From positions 12,246,485 to 12,310,484 of the forward strand of contig NC_134027.1 in the NCBI RefSeq assembly GCF_964204645.1: DNA of 64,000 bases, read 5' to 3'. The stretch is from Tubulanus polymorphus. Lineage: Eukaryota; Animalia; Nemertea. The notes beneath the pieces were generated by a model. That model had not been told where the DNA came from. It saw nothing but the letters and a program-made list of their open reading frames with translations, and did no database searches. Positions 11,329 through 24,566 of the stretch are shown in pieces. The position numbers and the translations under genes were made by a program. Within the stretch, counting starts at the first letter, position 1. Every line of letters starts with the position of its first letter.

Positions 11329-14229
11329 CGAATCAAAATAAATTTTCCTCAAATCAAGGTTAATATTTTTGATAGATTGACTTGGTGGAGCATGATTTGG
11401 TGTGCAAGTACGTGGTTATATGTGTACATTTAGTTAAAGCAAAGCCAAAGATTTTTAATGGAGATATCCAAGACGACAGACTAGGAAATCCTTCTGGTAT
11501 TTCAAGAATTACCTTAGATCACTAGAAATCTGAAAATATAAGTCAAAATAATTCAAGACATACTAAATATGAGCAAATGAGTATTCTTAGTCAGAATAGC
11601 CACTAGATGGTGACTAGATAGCATTATAAAAACCCCTATGAACCAATTAAAACATGTAAAGTAAGGTCAAAGATTAAAATAACTAAAAGAAATTATGTTT
11701 CAGACTCTCACTCTTTATCTCCTTTACCTGCAAGATGAGATAAACAGCATGTATGATTCTTCTTGCTAACTTTGTATCTCGAATCAAAAAGCCTGTTTGA
11801 TAAAGATAATATTATGTGCATTAGGATGGGCTTACTCATTGTACTTGTCAGGAAGAAAATACTTACCAGGATACCAATCATATCACTGATCTTCTTATCC
11901 TTATGATTTTGGAGATAGGAGTGCTTGAATTCCTTGTTCTGACAATACCATTGTTTGTGTTCACACTTATCAAGAAACGGTTTTGCCGAAAAGCATGGAC
12001 CCAGTGCTATAAAAGATAGTTCATACAGCTAAGATGTAAAGAAAAAACCTGAACAAATAATAACTTACTTATATAATCTAAGATTATTTACCTGATGATG
12101 TTTTAGCCAATACGTATCCAGCCAATGCTGCAATTTTCCCTGCCAAAAATCACTTTGTTTTAGACTATCTATGGCCATTTCAAATTCGTCTTGGGAAACT
12201 GCCTGAGCCAATCTGCGTAGTTTACTTAACACAGCTTCTTTCATGGCTGTAACGCCATTTTCTTTTTTAGACACCCATCTTTCCCATGCTTGTTCGCATT
12301 GGAAATTGCAGATGAATGTCTGACAACCTGAAGTTGATATTTGAAAACATTTATCACTGAACCTAGACACTCAATTTACCTTTGAGAATTTAAATAGTTA
12401 TGAAAATATTCACCAGGAAACACTTCTTCTGTAGCTTGAATCTCTTCTTCACGGAAGTCAGTCATGAAGTAACGGGGATTGAATGATGGGTTTCATTGTT
12501 TAATTATACCAAGAGCCTCAGCTATGTTTTGTTTCATCTTCGGTAACAAATGATGCCACCACAACATAATTGATGATAAACAAAGGTACCGCGTACTTGG
12601 TTGTTCGGTATGTTGCGTCCAATAAAACAAGTTCATTTCCGTAGCGAGCCAGCAAAGTTTGCTGCCACAATGTTTGTTGGACAAACAAAAATTTTCGTTT
12701 CAAGTCATTAGAATCAGTTTTAGATGTCCGACAAAAAAATCGATCTTCGGGAAAATCGTTTTTCCAAGTAGTCACTTTGCCAATAAGGTTTTCAACATCG
12801 AACCGTGAGTTTCGTTGTTCATTACGAAAGCAATTTACTTGCCAACGAATTTGGTTCAATGTAGGGTAGAACCTCTTGTTAGTTTTTTCTGGTAACTCTT
12901 TGCCCGCAAAAAGTACATTGCTGACAAGGAATCGAAGGTAATGCCTCGCTTATCAGTAACACCCTCCTGCACCAAATTTCCGATATCATCGATTGTTTGA
13001 GAAATTCCTCCACACTTAAAATATAATGTCAACACAAATATTTATCTGTCGGTTTAGATTTACAGGTACAAGTTGTGACAACCATAAATGATACACACCT
13101 TATCGGAAACATGGTTTGTATGTCTTAACCATTGATCCCACAGACAAATCACTTCTCAGGTTTGCTGACATCGAATCCATCTTGTTCTTACTATATTCAT
13201 CTGTAACCTGTATCAAATAATAATATGGTATGTGTTCTCTGACTATCATAAACAACTCATTTTTATAAAATATTATACCCTACCTCATAACCAGGAAATC
13301 TTATTTATTTCTTTCAATAAAATTTTAGCCTGGCAACCAAGCTTTTTACAATTTTGGATCTGAAATTTCCTTTTTATCGTTTTGTGATCATCCATGCTTG
13401 TTTGCTGCAATAAAGAGAAAATGATGGGATTAAAAAGCAATGGATTTAAATCGAAACCACAATTGCTAAAATGACCACCAGCTCACATGTTTTTTTTCAT
13501 GATAATTCTTTTTAAAAGTGGTTTTCGTATCCTTTAAATGATGACAATCCATTATCAGTGACCCAGCAATCACAAAAGGGGTGCCATCAAAACCGATCTT
13601 GTTTTTCCACTTGCTGTTTGTGACTGTCATTTCCTTCCACATAATCTTGTACTTATGTCCGCTGAATGGATCTGATAAAGAAGCAAAATGTTTATGTTAT
13701 ATTTCATTCTCTATAAAAGTGCAGATACGCATCTTAATTCATATCCACCAGGGCAGAGTGGATCAGTGAGGAAACCTGCCCTGGTGTACAGAATCTTCAA
13801 TTGGTGTAAAGAATCTTTAAAGGGTAACTGACACTTTTTTAAAGATTTTCTACTTTTTACACTAAACGATATATTATAGTATACAATAAGGCTAGGTGAT
13901 TTCATAATTGGAAAAATCTTTTCAATCTAGTCAGAATTGATGATTTTGATGTTCGCGCACCTGTTCAGTGTATACACTCCTTCTGCTGAACGCGTGGTAC
14001 TGTGTCTATTAATAGAACTACGTCACTAAAGTGACGGATCGGAAATGATGTCTATAGAAATGAATAGGAAATAAGCTACAAGAGCAATTCAACTTAATTT
14101 TATACCTATTTGGCACTCGAATTGAGACAAAATGCCTCTTGATTTTGAAAGTCTACACATAAGCGCAAAAATAGGATTTGAATAGCAATCCATTGCATTT
14201 TCTAGTAGACAGCAAGGAACGAGGATGTT

Positions 14230-15421
14230 TAAATCATCGTTTTGTATTAACATTTAGTAATAAGTAAGATCATGGTTAGATCTAAGAATATTTTGACTTA
14301 TGAACTGATGAATTTTAGACAGAATTAGCTGCAAGAACAATTTCAATTCTTTTCTTGAAATATACCTCGTATTGGTAGCGGCTTTGGTCACAAAATTAGA
14401 ATATTTCCTCATCCATCCTATTTTAAAACTTAGAAATAATATTTGTGAAAGATTTGTGATGTAATCTATCAAAACTCTTCTGCAGCGTGAAACTTTAATC
14501 GAAAAACATTATTCCTTTGAATATATGTTGTAACGCGCTATTTGTGATTTTGTAACAAGATTTTTGACCTCATTTCATTGCTTACATCGCTTGCTGTTCA
14601 GCGTCGGCTAAATCAGCAGGTGCACGCTGCAACGTCATTATAGGCAGAGCTGAGAAATAGCGTCTATAGAAATGCGTTGAATTATGAGGAAACTGCGTGT
14701 ATTTTCTGTTATATCTCAATGCCAGATTGTTTTTCAGCTTTGAAACTGGCCAGGGAGGTAAAAGGATCTATTGTCTATTGCATAAACCTAGTTCAAAGAA
14801 TCAATGAGTAATTTGAATAGGCTAAATCGATCAAATTGAAGATGCAGATTTCAATCCGCTGCTATGAAGCTATTAAAGTACACTATGCTAAGCTCTCAGC
14901 ACTGTTACTGCTGCTCCATAGTTCACCTATAGTTCAGCACCACAAGCATACTATACAGTGTCTTATAAGCGATCACAGATTTTGATCTCGCTGAAGAATT
15001 AATAGATTCATATTCGTTTACTATTTACTATTTTTCATAGTCATTTAAAACTTGGTAGTTTGAAAACTAACACTTCAAAACTCTACAAAAACTTTCAATA
15101 AATTTCTACAGCCTTTACAACAACTATTCAAAAGAATAATGTTTTTTGATTAAAGTTTCACGCTGCAGAAGAGTTTTGATAGATTACATCACAAATCTTT
15201 CACAAATATTATTTCTAAGTTTTAAAATAGGATGGATGAGGAAATATTCTAATTTTGTGACCAAAGCCGCTACCAATACGAGGTATATTTCAAGAAAAGA
15301 ATTGAAATTGTTCTTGCAGCTAATTCTGTCTAAAATTCATCAGTTCATAAGTCAAAATATTCTTAGATCTAACCATGATCTTACTTACTATCAATAAATG
15401 ATAATACAAAATGATGATTTT
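14230..15421. mobile_element. Element with about 295-bp near-perfect terminal inverted repeats (MITE/fold-back)
   Basis: 14230-14524 is the reverse complement of 15125-15421, which is why the same peptide appears in ORFs 14254-14472 (-) and 15146-15397 (+). About 600-bp non-coding core; no TSD identified. Confidence 0.7.
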
Positions 15422-15635
15422 AGAGGGTTTTAGTGTTCAGAGGGTTAGGGTTTAGAGGGTTAGGGTATAGCGTTTAGAGGGTTAGGTTTTAATGGGGGTT
15501 TAGGGATAAGGTTTGAGAGAGAATTTAGAGGGTTTAGTGTTTAGAGAGTTAGAGTTTACAGGGTTAGGTTTTTTTTTTTGGTGGGTGGTTATGCTTGAGA
15601 GTACCATAGTTTATAAGGTTAGGGTTTAGAATGTT
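15422..15635 (+). repeat. Degenerate TTAGGG/TTTAGAGGG low-complexity tract
   Basis: Runs such as AGGGTTAGGGTTTAGAGGGTTAGGG; a shorter similar tract lies at 631-660. Confidence 0.7.
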
Positions 15636-15818
15636 AGAATCCTAGTTGGTTTCTGTTATGTGGGTTTCTTACAAGTATATGTAATGTTAACATGCACTCA
15701 ATGTGAAATGTAGCAGGAGATCAGTAGCCTATAGCTTTCTTGTCAACATTGTGGAACGATTTTCAAAGACTCACCGGCCACGCTTGTTTGCAAATTGCAT
15801 CTAAATCGATGTGTCCAT

Positions 15819-18800
15819 TCACTGAACCACTCGAACGTGCACGTCTTTCCCTGGAAAGATCTCTAACACGCGCCCTAAAGGCCATTTACCCCCTGGTGTA
15901 TCTGACGATATTGCTAAAACGACATCCCCGACTTTAAAATCTCGTTTAGTATCTGTCCATTTTTTGCGCGAATTCAACTGTGGTAACCATTCTCTCATCC
16001 ATCTTTGCCAAAAATGTTTCATGAGTTCTTGGACATGTCGCCATCTTCTTCGTGGACTGAAATCCTTTTCATCTACAGTATCTGTCGCGAACTGACCTTC
16101 CATTTGACTGAACAAGAAATGATTTGGTGTCAACGGAACGTCATCATCTGGGCTAGCCGACTGGTATGTTAACGGCCTGGAGTTAATCAGTGCTTCAGCT
16201 CCAGTAAATGCCGACATTAACTCTTCATCGTTCACGTCTGCGTTCTTCAGTATAGCGTATATAGCTCGTTTCGCTGACTTGATCATCGTCTCGTGGACTC
16301 CTCCAAAGTGGGGTGCGAGTGGCGGATTGAAGTACCATTTCACACCTTGGTTTGCCGTTGTATGTCTCATCTTTTCTTTGTCTAAAAGTTTCACCAATTC
16401 TTTGAGTTCGTTGTTGGCTCCAACAAAATTTGTTCCGTTGTCTGAGTTCATCTCTATTGGCAGCCCTCGTCGATTAACCATTCGGTAGAATGCATTCAAA
16501 AACGCATCTGTGTCCAAACCGAATGCGAGTTCTAAATGGACTGCTCTGCTTGACAAACACACACCTGCCAACCATTACGTTTTTGCCGTATTCCGTTCCG
16601 GTGCTACCCGCGGTAATACGGCGTTACTGGCACAGGCAATGGAATACGCTTTTTTCCGATATCGTTCCGATGTTACGCGAATGAGCAAATAAATACGGCC
16701 TCAATAAAAATCTCCTTATATTATGTCAATAAAGGTAATTTTGCAGTACATAATCGGTATTTTAATGGTTTATTAACATTTATTACGGGGAAATTTGGTT
16801 TTTATTTGAGTAATTGTCACGAAGTTTCCATACAGCCGGGAACCAGTCTAGCGAATTTTCGGTTACAACGAGTAATACCGGGAACCAGTCTAGCGAATTT
16901 TTGGTTACAACGAGTAATTTTCATCGCTCAAATTGTCATGAATGTTGCAAATGGCGGACGAAGTTCACGACGTTTTGTCAAATCTGGAAAATTCGGAGGG
17001 TTCTCCGTCTTCTTCGTTAAAATTAATTTCTTTAGTAGTTTTAATATTCTATAGTAGTTTTAATATTCTATATTCTGATTTTAATCCAAAAATTCGTTAC
17101 TGGCCATATTGAAAATGTTACTGGCAAAGGTCACATCAAGTCTAGTGGGTCACTGGCAAAATCTAAAAAATACTGGCAAATTTGAAAAATGTTACTATCT
17201 TGAAAAATTCAATGTTGGCAGGTCTGCAAACATGTGAAAAGACACAAGTAACGCTTTTCTCTGCTCTTTCCGCGACCCTGTTTCGTGATGAATGGTCCAC
17301 CAAAATCCACTGCTGTTCTTGCGAATGCGCGTATAGGCATCTTTACCCTAAGTCGTGGCAACGGTGCCATGACCTGTGTTGCAGCCTTAGCTTTTCGTTT
17401 CTTACATGTGCAGCATTCACGTTCAACATCTCGGATCGCTTCTCTGGCGCTGATCATCCAGTATCGCGAGGATAAACTTGCCAACACTTGATTTGTACCA
17501 CCAACATGATGGTATTTCTCGTGGTGGTGTCTTACTATCAACTTTGTTACGTGGTGATGCCTTGGTAATATGATCGGATTCTTCACATCGTAAGCTAAGA
17601 ATTCTACATATTTTAATCTTCCTTCACATCTTATCAAACCTTCCTCGTCTAATCTTGGCTTTAAACTGAGGAGTTTGGTGTTTGATTGTAAACTCTTTCC
17701 TTTAACCAGCAAGGAGTATTCTTCTTTGAATCCTTCGATCTGACATCTTCGAATTATCTCTTCTTCGATGTTTAGTAACTCATCTGCAGACAGCTCGCCT
17801 TCACTCCTCTCAGTTTTCGGTACTCTACAATTGTCGATGAATCTGTGTACCCACGCATGAACGCGCAATAGACGATTCCATTGTGAATATCGTTCTGGAT
17901 TCAAACGCCAATCTTCGTCAGTTTCTTTAAGTTTGATAAGCATCGTGAATTCTGTCTCCCTGGAGATGAATTCTTTCTTCAGTTCTTGTTTGGCTACCTG
18001 GCTTGTCTGGACTCGATTCACTGGCCACTCGTCTTCATTCTTCACGAGAAATCTTGAAACAGTCCACCATATACTATTCTCATCCGCCAGTTCATCTGCG
18101 GTTATACCCCTCGATGCTAAATCGGCAGGATTAGCTTTCTTAGGTACGTATCTCCATTGTGTTGGTCTGGTCTTACTTTGAATTTCGCCGACTCTGTGTG
18201 CTATAAACGCCTTCAGAGTTCTTCTTCGGTTTCTAATCCACCATAACACATTCAAACTGTCCGACCAAAAGATGACTTCTTTCATATTCATTTCGTATAC
18301 CTCAGTAATTCTTTCAACCAGTCGCAATCCTAGAATGGCTCCCATCATTTGAAGTCTTGGTATGCTACTAGAGATTAAAGGAGCGACGCTAGACTTAGCT
18401 GCGATCATTCGGCTTGAAACTTCGTCTGTACCCTTGTACGTGCACACCGCGTATACAACTGCACCGTAACCATCTTGTGATGCGTCTACAAATGGGTGTT
18501 GTTGCACCTTCTTTGGTGTTGCCTCCGATGCGACTCGTATGCACCTAGGTATTCTTATCTTCTGCAGATCTTCTAGTTCTGCAAACCATTTCTTTATCTT
18601 CTTCTCGAGATCTGGATTCTGCTCTTCGTCCCATTCTACACCGTCCACCCACATCTCTTGCATGATTATCTTAGACCATAAGATAAATGGAGTGAGAAAT
18701 CCGAGTGGATCAAACAATGAGGATATCTTTGATAAAACCTTTCTTTTGGTGTACGCAAATCCTTCATCTTGACTCGTAGCTTGGAATTGAAATGTATCTT

Positions 18801-21800
18801 TCTCTGCTTGCCATGTTACACCCAACGTCTTAATCTTAGGAAGATTCCCATCATCTAGATTGATCTCCGCTACTCTATTTTCTTCAGGTATTTGTCGTAA
18901 TACCTCTAAAGAATTCGACATCCACTTTCTTGCGTGCATGCCTGCCTTGCTCCACAACTGAACTAACTGAGAATATAGTTCGATGGCCGTTTCGATATCT
19001 TCAACTGAATCCATACTATCATCCATATACGTCGAGTTGTGTACAGTCCTCGCTGCCAATGGATATCTATCTTCGTACTTCTCAGCATTCTTTCAAGATA
19101 CATATTGAGCAAGGAATGGCGATGAATTTACCCCAAACACGACTCGATTAAACTCGTATACATCGGGTGGCTTGTTTGTCTGCAGGTCCTGCCATATGAA
19201 TCTGTGGTATGGCCTATCTTCAGGTGCTATAGATATTTGAAGATACATCTCTGCGATGTCACACACAAAAGCTATCGGATATCTTCTGAATCTCAACAAC
19301 ACGTCAAACAAGTCTCGCTGTAGCTTCGGCCCTTGATAGATCGTATTATTGAGTGATGTGCCTGCAAACTTCGCTGAAGCATCAAAAACTATTCTTGTTT
19401 TTATCGTTGACCTATCTGGACGAATCACTGGAAAATGTGGTAATTACCAATGACCTCTGCTGGTGTCTTCTCTTTTATGTCAGCGACTCTTCCACTGTCT
19501 TGAGCGCCTGTCGATCTTCTTGACTTAGGATTTCTTTTGTGGACCCAAAGTTCTCTATTTCCCAGAACTTCTGAACTGATGAACTAAGTTCTTGATCGGC
19601 TTTGCTGAAGTATTTACTTACAAAGTTCGTCTGAATATTTGTTGTTCCATCCGTTTTCCCGATGGACAACCAATACAAGTCCACCCAAGTGGTGTTAATC
19701 TTGCCACTGGCTCTTTCGGTCTTCCGCGTATATCTCTATACGAATAATGTAGTTCAATGTTGTCTATACCTATTAACATGTCTACAATAGGTCGCCTGGA
19801 CGTGGGAACTGTATGCCTTTCAGATGATTCCACTTATCTCTATAGCCGTTCCAGTCAACTGCTTTCATCTGGCCTGTTACTCTATCTGTGGTGTATACAC
19901 TGACTAGGGTATCTACCTGTCCGTTCACACTCTCTAACTGTACTTCTACTGGTGTAGTAATAAACGTCTCCGTTTGTCCGTTGATAACGTTTACTGTTAC
20001 TTTTTCCATCGACCCTCTCAGCCCTAGTTCTGCAGCTACGTCACTGTTCAGGTATGTTTTGGTGCTTGCATCGTCTAGTAAGGCGTTTATTCGAAGTTTC
20101 TTCTCGCCATTTTTCAAATCACTGGTACTGTTCTCATGGTTATGAAGTTGCATCTGGTGTTCTGAGTTATCGAGCCTACGTCTTCTGATGGCTGTGTGTT
20201 ACAACGCTCCCCTTCCGTGGCAGCGCTCTCGCAGTAGCTCGCTCTAGGTGCGTCGCCGTTTATTAGCTTTTCTCTATGCAACAATCGGTTGTGTGTTTCT
20301 TTACATTTGTTGACTCCGCAAATCCGGGTCACTTTACAACTTGTTCCCAGGTGACCTTCTACAAGACATCTGAAACATAGTCTGCTTTTCTTCGCATGGT
20401 TCCATCTATCATCAATATTCATCTTTTTGAAATCTTCACATTGCCATATGGGATGATTCGTCCCACAAACACGGCATCCTCTTCCTGGATCACTGTTACC
20501 AACAAACATCGTGTGCGGCTTTCTACTGACATTTGAGTTATACTGATTTTCAGCAGTCACACCTTTGACAGTTTCGTGTGCTATTGTTTGAAAGTCCGCT
20601 TCTTGGTTGATCCATGTTCGCAGTGTTTCTACTGACTCTGGTTTAGACTTCTCGAACACCCATCTATGGTATCTCGATACCATTTGCTCTGGTAATTTTC
20701 TTTGTAGACTGTGGTACAGAGAACCTTCGCCCAGTTCTGATTCTTTTCCGGCTTCTTTTAGGTTTACCACGGCAACATCTAGTAAGTCCGCGAGCTTCTC
20801 TAGATCCCGGGCGTTTCCGTACCTGATTGGACGGAAGTTATTGAGTTCTTCTATGTATATTGCTACCTGCCGCCTTTTTCTTCCAAACTTTCTTTCTAGA
20901 CATTCTTTCGCTCTCTGGTAAGCTGCTGCTGAATGTCCTAAACTTTCTATGCATTTCAATGCATCTCCTGATAAGTACTGACGCAGCTGTAGTAACTTAT
21001 ACTCAGCTGTGGCAGGTGCGCTGTCAATACACGCCATAAATGCCGCTTTCTTATTAGCATATGTTTTTCTATCGCCATTGAATACAGGGATAGAAACTCT
21101 CTTGAGTTGCTTCCACATATCATGGCCCAAAGTAACTACTTGCCCTGCGGCAACGGATTGAATATCGCTCGCCGTGGTTTGCTGGCTTAAAACTTCATCA
21201 TCGTCCCCATCCATAACCTCTTCTCGGCTCAGGGCTATCATACTCGATGGCTCATTTTCTCTGATGTAGATGACGTGTTACCATATCTAACATTTCTTCT
21301 GCGTAGACTTCTATTTCTTTCGACATTTTCATCACACTTTGTTGATCTCTGCTGACCACATATTTTTCACTTAACTCCATCATGACTCCTAGAACATCTT
21401 CCCGCTTCTCGTCGTAATTTTAGAGGAGTTCTCGTATTCTGGTCCGCTCTCTGTTGTTATGGACAGCCTCTTCAATGTTGTGCCGAATCCGTGTTACGGC
21501 AGCCTTTCCTCTTGATTTCTTCTGCTTCAGAAGTTCGATCTCTGGTAGTAAAGTTTCGTTCACTTCACTTGTTTCTGCTACTGTATTTTCTTGACTTGAC
21601 ATCTTTTTCTTCTTTGTCTTCTGTACTTCGGTTCAACTACGCTCTGCTACCAGTTTCTTATGGCTATGCGATAAACTAACCACAAGAAGATTTCTGTTTT
21701 CTGCTTCTTTATTGCTGTTTCTGATGTGTCTAAATTTCGACTTTTGAACTGCTCTAATATACTAAATTCTTATCATTTTATCTTCAAAACCTATTACCGA

Positions 21801-21929
21801 TTATTATATTAAACATTCATCATCATGTGAATTCGTCAGAAAGTCTAGATAAAGCATAGCGCAGGCATTAAAATGTCATTAGTCTAATCTATGAAAGTTT
21901 TACTTTTTACACTTGTTCGCTTCTCAACA
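15819..21929 (-). mobile_element. BEL/Pao LTR retrotransposon, 3'-truncated and decayed
   Basis: Probable 5' LTR 21653-21929 (starts TG, contains AATAAA). PBS TGGTAGCAGAG (iMet type) at 21642-21652. Gag with BEL-type three-knuckle region (CRVCGTNH..C, CFRCLVEGH..C, CGVNKCKETHNRLLH), protease LLDDAS, RT CDIAEMY/TYMDD, RNase H FVDAS..SIPRL..WSDS, integrase VDFGGP..SDNGTNF..GGVHE. No 3' LTR found. Confidence 0.92.
16560..17226. mobile_element. 667-bp non-autonomous DNA transposon (hAT-like, 6-bp TSD) inside the BEL integrase
   Basis: TIRs CACACCTGCCAAC and GTTGGCAGGTCTG. TSD CAAACA at 16554-16559 and 17227-17232. Removing it restores LFTCL-SSRAVHLE. Confidence 0.88.
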
Positions 21930-24566
21930 GTAACCACAGGGAAAAACTTCTTGGGAATTTCAAAATAATAATTCCAGGCTTGGAAATATTTGGGATTTTG
22001 AAAAATTTTCCTAAAATCAGGCAAATATTTGGGAAATTCATTTACATTTCTATGTAAATGAATCAGCCATTCGCAGATCGCAGCCCAGATCCTATCAGCC
22101 CAGCTTACGTCGACTGAGCCAGATACGATATCTGCCAGGTTGCTTGCCTACTTATGTTGGTTATGATTACTTGAAACTGCACCAGCTCAGATGGTCACAC
22201 TATAAGCACTTTGAGAATAAATTCAAGGTACTTTGAATTATTGGGATTATATTTGAAAAGCTATTTCTTTAAGATCTTTATCTTTCTGATTCGTTTTTGA
22301 ATACAATTTGCCAGCGACATCATGTAAAGAGGGTCGCTCACATCATGATTCTACCAATTTTGTTTCTAGATCTTCTGTCAATCATTTGCCGTGCTGAAGG
22401 TTTGGTTTGCGTTTGAAACTACTTGAATTTTAAAGTTAGTGACAAGATACTTATGATGCTAACTTGCTAACTAGTGGTCAAAATTTGTAACTAGGCCTAT
22501 GTTTATTCAGTCTCTGATTGGCTGAAGTTCCTGCGATCAGTTCCATCGCATTGCAGATGAGCATATATCAGGTGCGATCGAAAGCAACTGTCCGCCTACT
22601 GTAGGCCGGAGTAGAACATGGGCAATCAGCTGGATACAGCTTGTGACGAGTCGGTAGTGCAGCTTTCAATCTGCTGTCTGTACCCACACCCCTTAGACTA
22701 TTGATGTCGACCTTGTCGATGCCTTGATAATCAGTTTTTGTAAGGATGGCGAAAGCCTGTCAATGCATAAGGGTGCGTTGTTTGGATGTCGAATGCCTGG
22801 CATTATGAACTAGGGCAGAATGGCGTATGTCTGTCGATTAAACTGCCATTGAAATGATGATCTGTCTGTATGATTTGTAAAATTTTATATTAGTGTCAAT
22901 CAATTTTTGAATTTGATTATGTACAGGATACGAACCATACATGTGATAACTACGGTACTATGGAGTGCTGAAAAATACACAATTATGCAAATGAGTGTGA
23001 AATCAAATTAGGTATTTATGTAATCGCACTTGCCTAAAATAAAAACTGTGCCACCGTGCGGGCATGAGTCCAGAACAGCAAATAAAAAAACTAGTAATTT
23101 GGAGATTATATATATATATATATATGGAAGATAAGTTATTTATTAAGTCTATAATTCAAAAAACAAAACAACTAAGGTACTTAGAAAAAAAAATGAAAAT
23201 AAACAGGGCCCTTTTTACGAAACTTAGATCAGAAAAATAAAAATAAAATAAAATTAAATTAGCTTAAATGTAAGTCAATGATCAATTAAAGTTTTTTTTC
23301 TTCAAAAGTTTATAAATTTTAACTTAGCGTCACTCCAAAAAGATCACTCTGCCGCTCCTCGAAATTGTTCGCTGCGCTGCTCCCGAAATAGTTCGCTGTG
23401 GTTCCTGTTGCTGTCCAAAATCTGTAGTAATTGTTGATCTGTGGTTCCAAAATTTTTAAACGTTTGCTGAATGCGTCGTATCTGTCGAATTTATAATTTG
23501 CACATCACGCAAATATCACTGATGATGAAAGTCCACTGGTGGTACGCGGAGTTTGGTACGCGGAAAAAAACAGTTTTACTTAACAATGTTTTTTATCACC
23601 AAGCTGGTTAAACTCCTGTGGCCGTAAAACTTTAACTACCACTAATATTAAGTGTCCTTCCGAATCACTTTCGAATCACGAACACAACTCCGTAATGATT
23701 AAAATCCAATCCCGTTAGAAGTTCTCCAACAGTAAAAAAGTTGCAGGAGAACTCCAGTTGAGCTTCCTCCTTTCTCGAAATCTCAAAAGCGTCTTTTCTC
23801 TCTCTAAACTATCCACGCCCAACTTCCTGCAGGGGCTCCCTTAAAAATAAACTCTCAAAGATCCATTCAAGTCAAAAATTAGATAGTTAATCCCCTAAAA
23901 TGGTGAAAAAGAACTTACCCAAAATATGACTAATGTATTTAACTCCCGCCACATAATTGTGAAATCCTAATATTCATCTTCATTTAAGAAAAATGAATTC
24001 TTTATGAGATTAAAATAATTGAAAATCTTGTGAACCCCATAGCTTCCGGTAAAAATTGCATCAGCAAATACGTGTCAAAATTCACATCACATAATAATTA
24101 ACACCAAGGCTACATGAGCCAGCGACCTCATAAAACTTGAATATGTTTAAACTAGTGAACTAAATTCAGCAAATGCCTGTTATGAAAACTAGACAACACG
24201 AACCAACAGATTTTACATTTAACTTTAAGATCAAACATTTATTGATAAAAAAATTAGATATAACATAAGGACTTTAAGGAAATATATATAAAACCGACTA
24301 CAGGCTGTTCCAACTAAAATGATGGGACCCCCCATAGTAGTGGCTACATTTAACAGAATGTTTGTTGATGTTATGTACTTCGATTTTTGGAAAGCCTCTG
24401 ATGGCACTCCTAATTCAAGACTCCTAATGAAAGTGAAGAGTCTAGGTTTCCCATGCAAGATCGTTGAGCGGATAAGATCGTTTCTGATAGGATGAATGTA
24501 GATGATGTTTCCAAACTTGTACCTGTCCTAAGTGGGGTATGACAAGGCTCTGTTTTGGAACCCTTT

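Larger units (their letters stand above)
4000..13800 (-). mobile_element. Decayed, intron-containing Mutator-like (MULE) transposon gene(s) with PHD and Ulp1 cargo; ends not defined
   Basis: Exon-sized pieces: KIGFDGTPFVIAGSLIMDCHH (about 13550-13610), YGNELVLLDATYRTTKYAVPLF (12518-12859), ICNFQCEQAWERW (12065-12370), VNTNNG (about 11950-11970), DLPDAYWRSPFLTLD (6119-6643). Many stops and frameshifts. Confidence 0.75.

Noticed and set aside
14254-15397. Duplicated small protein gene (ORFs 14254-14472 and 15146-15397)
   Set aside because: The identical peptides arise from the inverted repeat; non-ATG starts and no domain signature.
15422-15635. True telomere or chromosome fusion site
   Set aside because: Short, highly degenerate, single orientation and flanked by transposon debris.
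21930-24300. Further LINE or DNA transposon fragments
   Set aside because: Only faint, ambiguous motifs; no boundaries or translatable domain could be supported.
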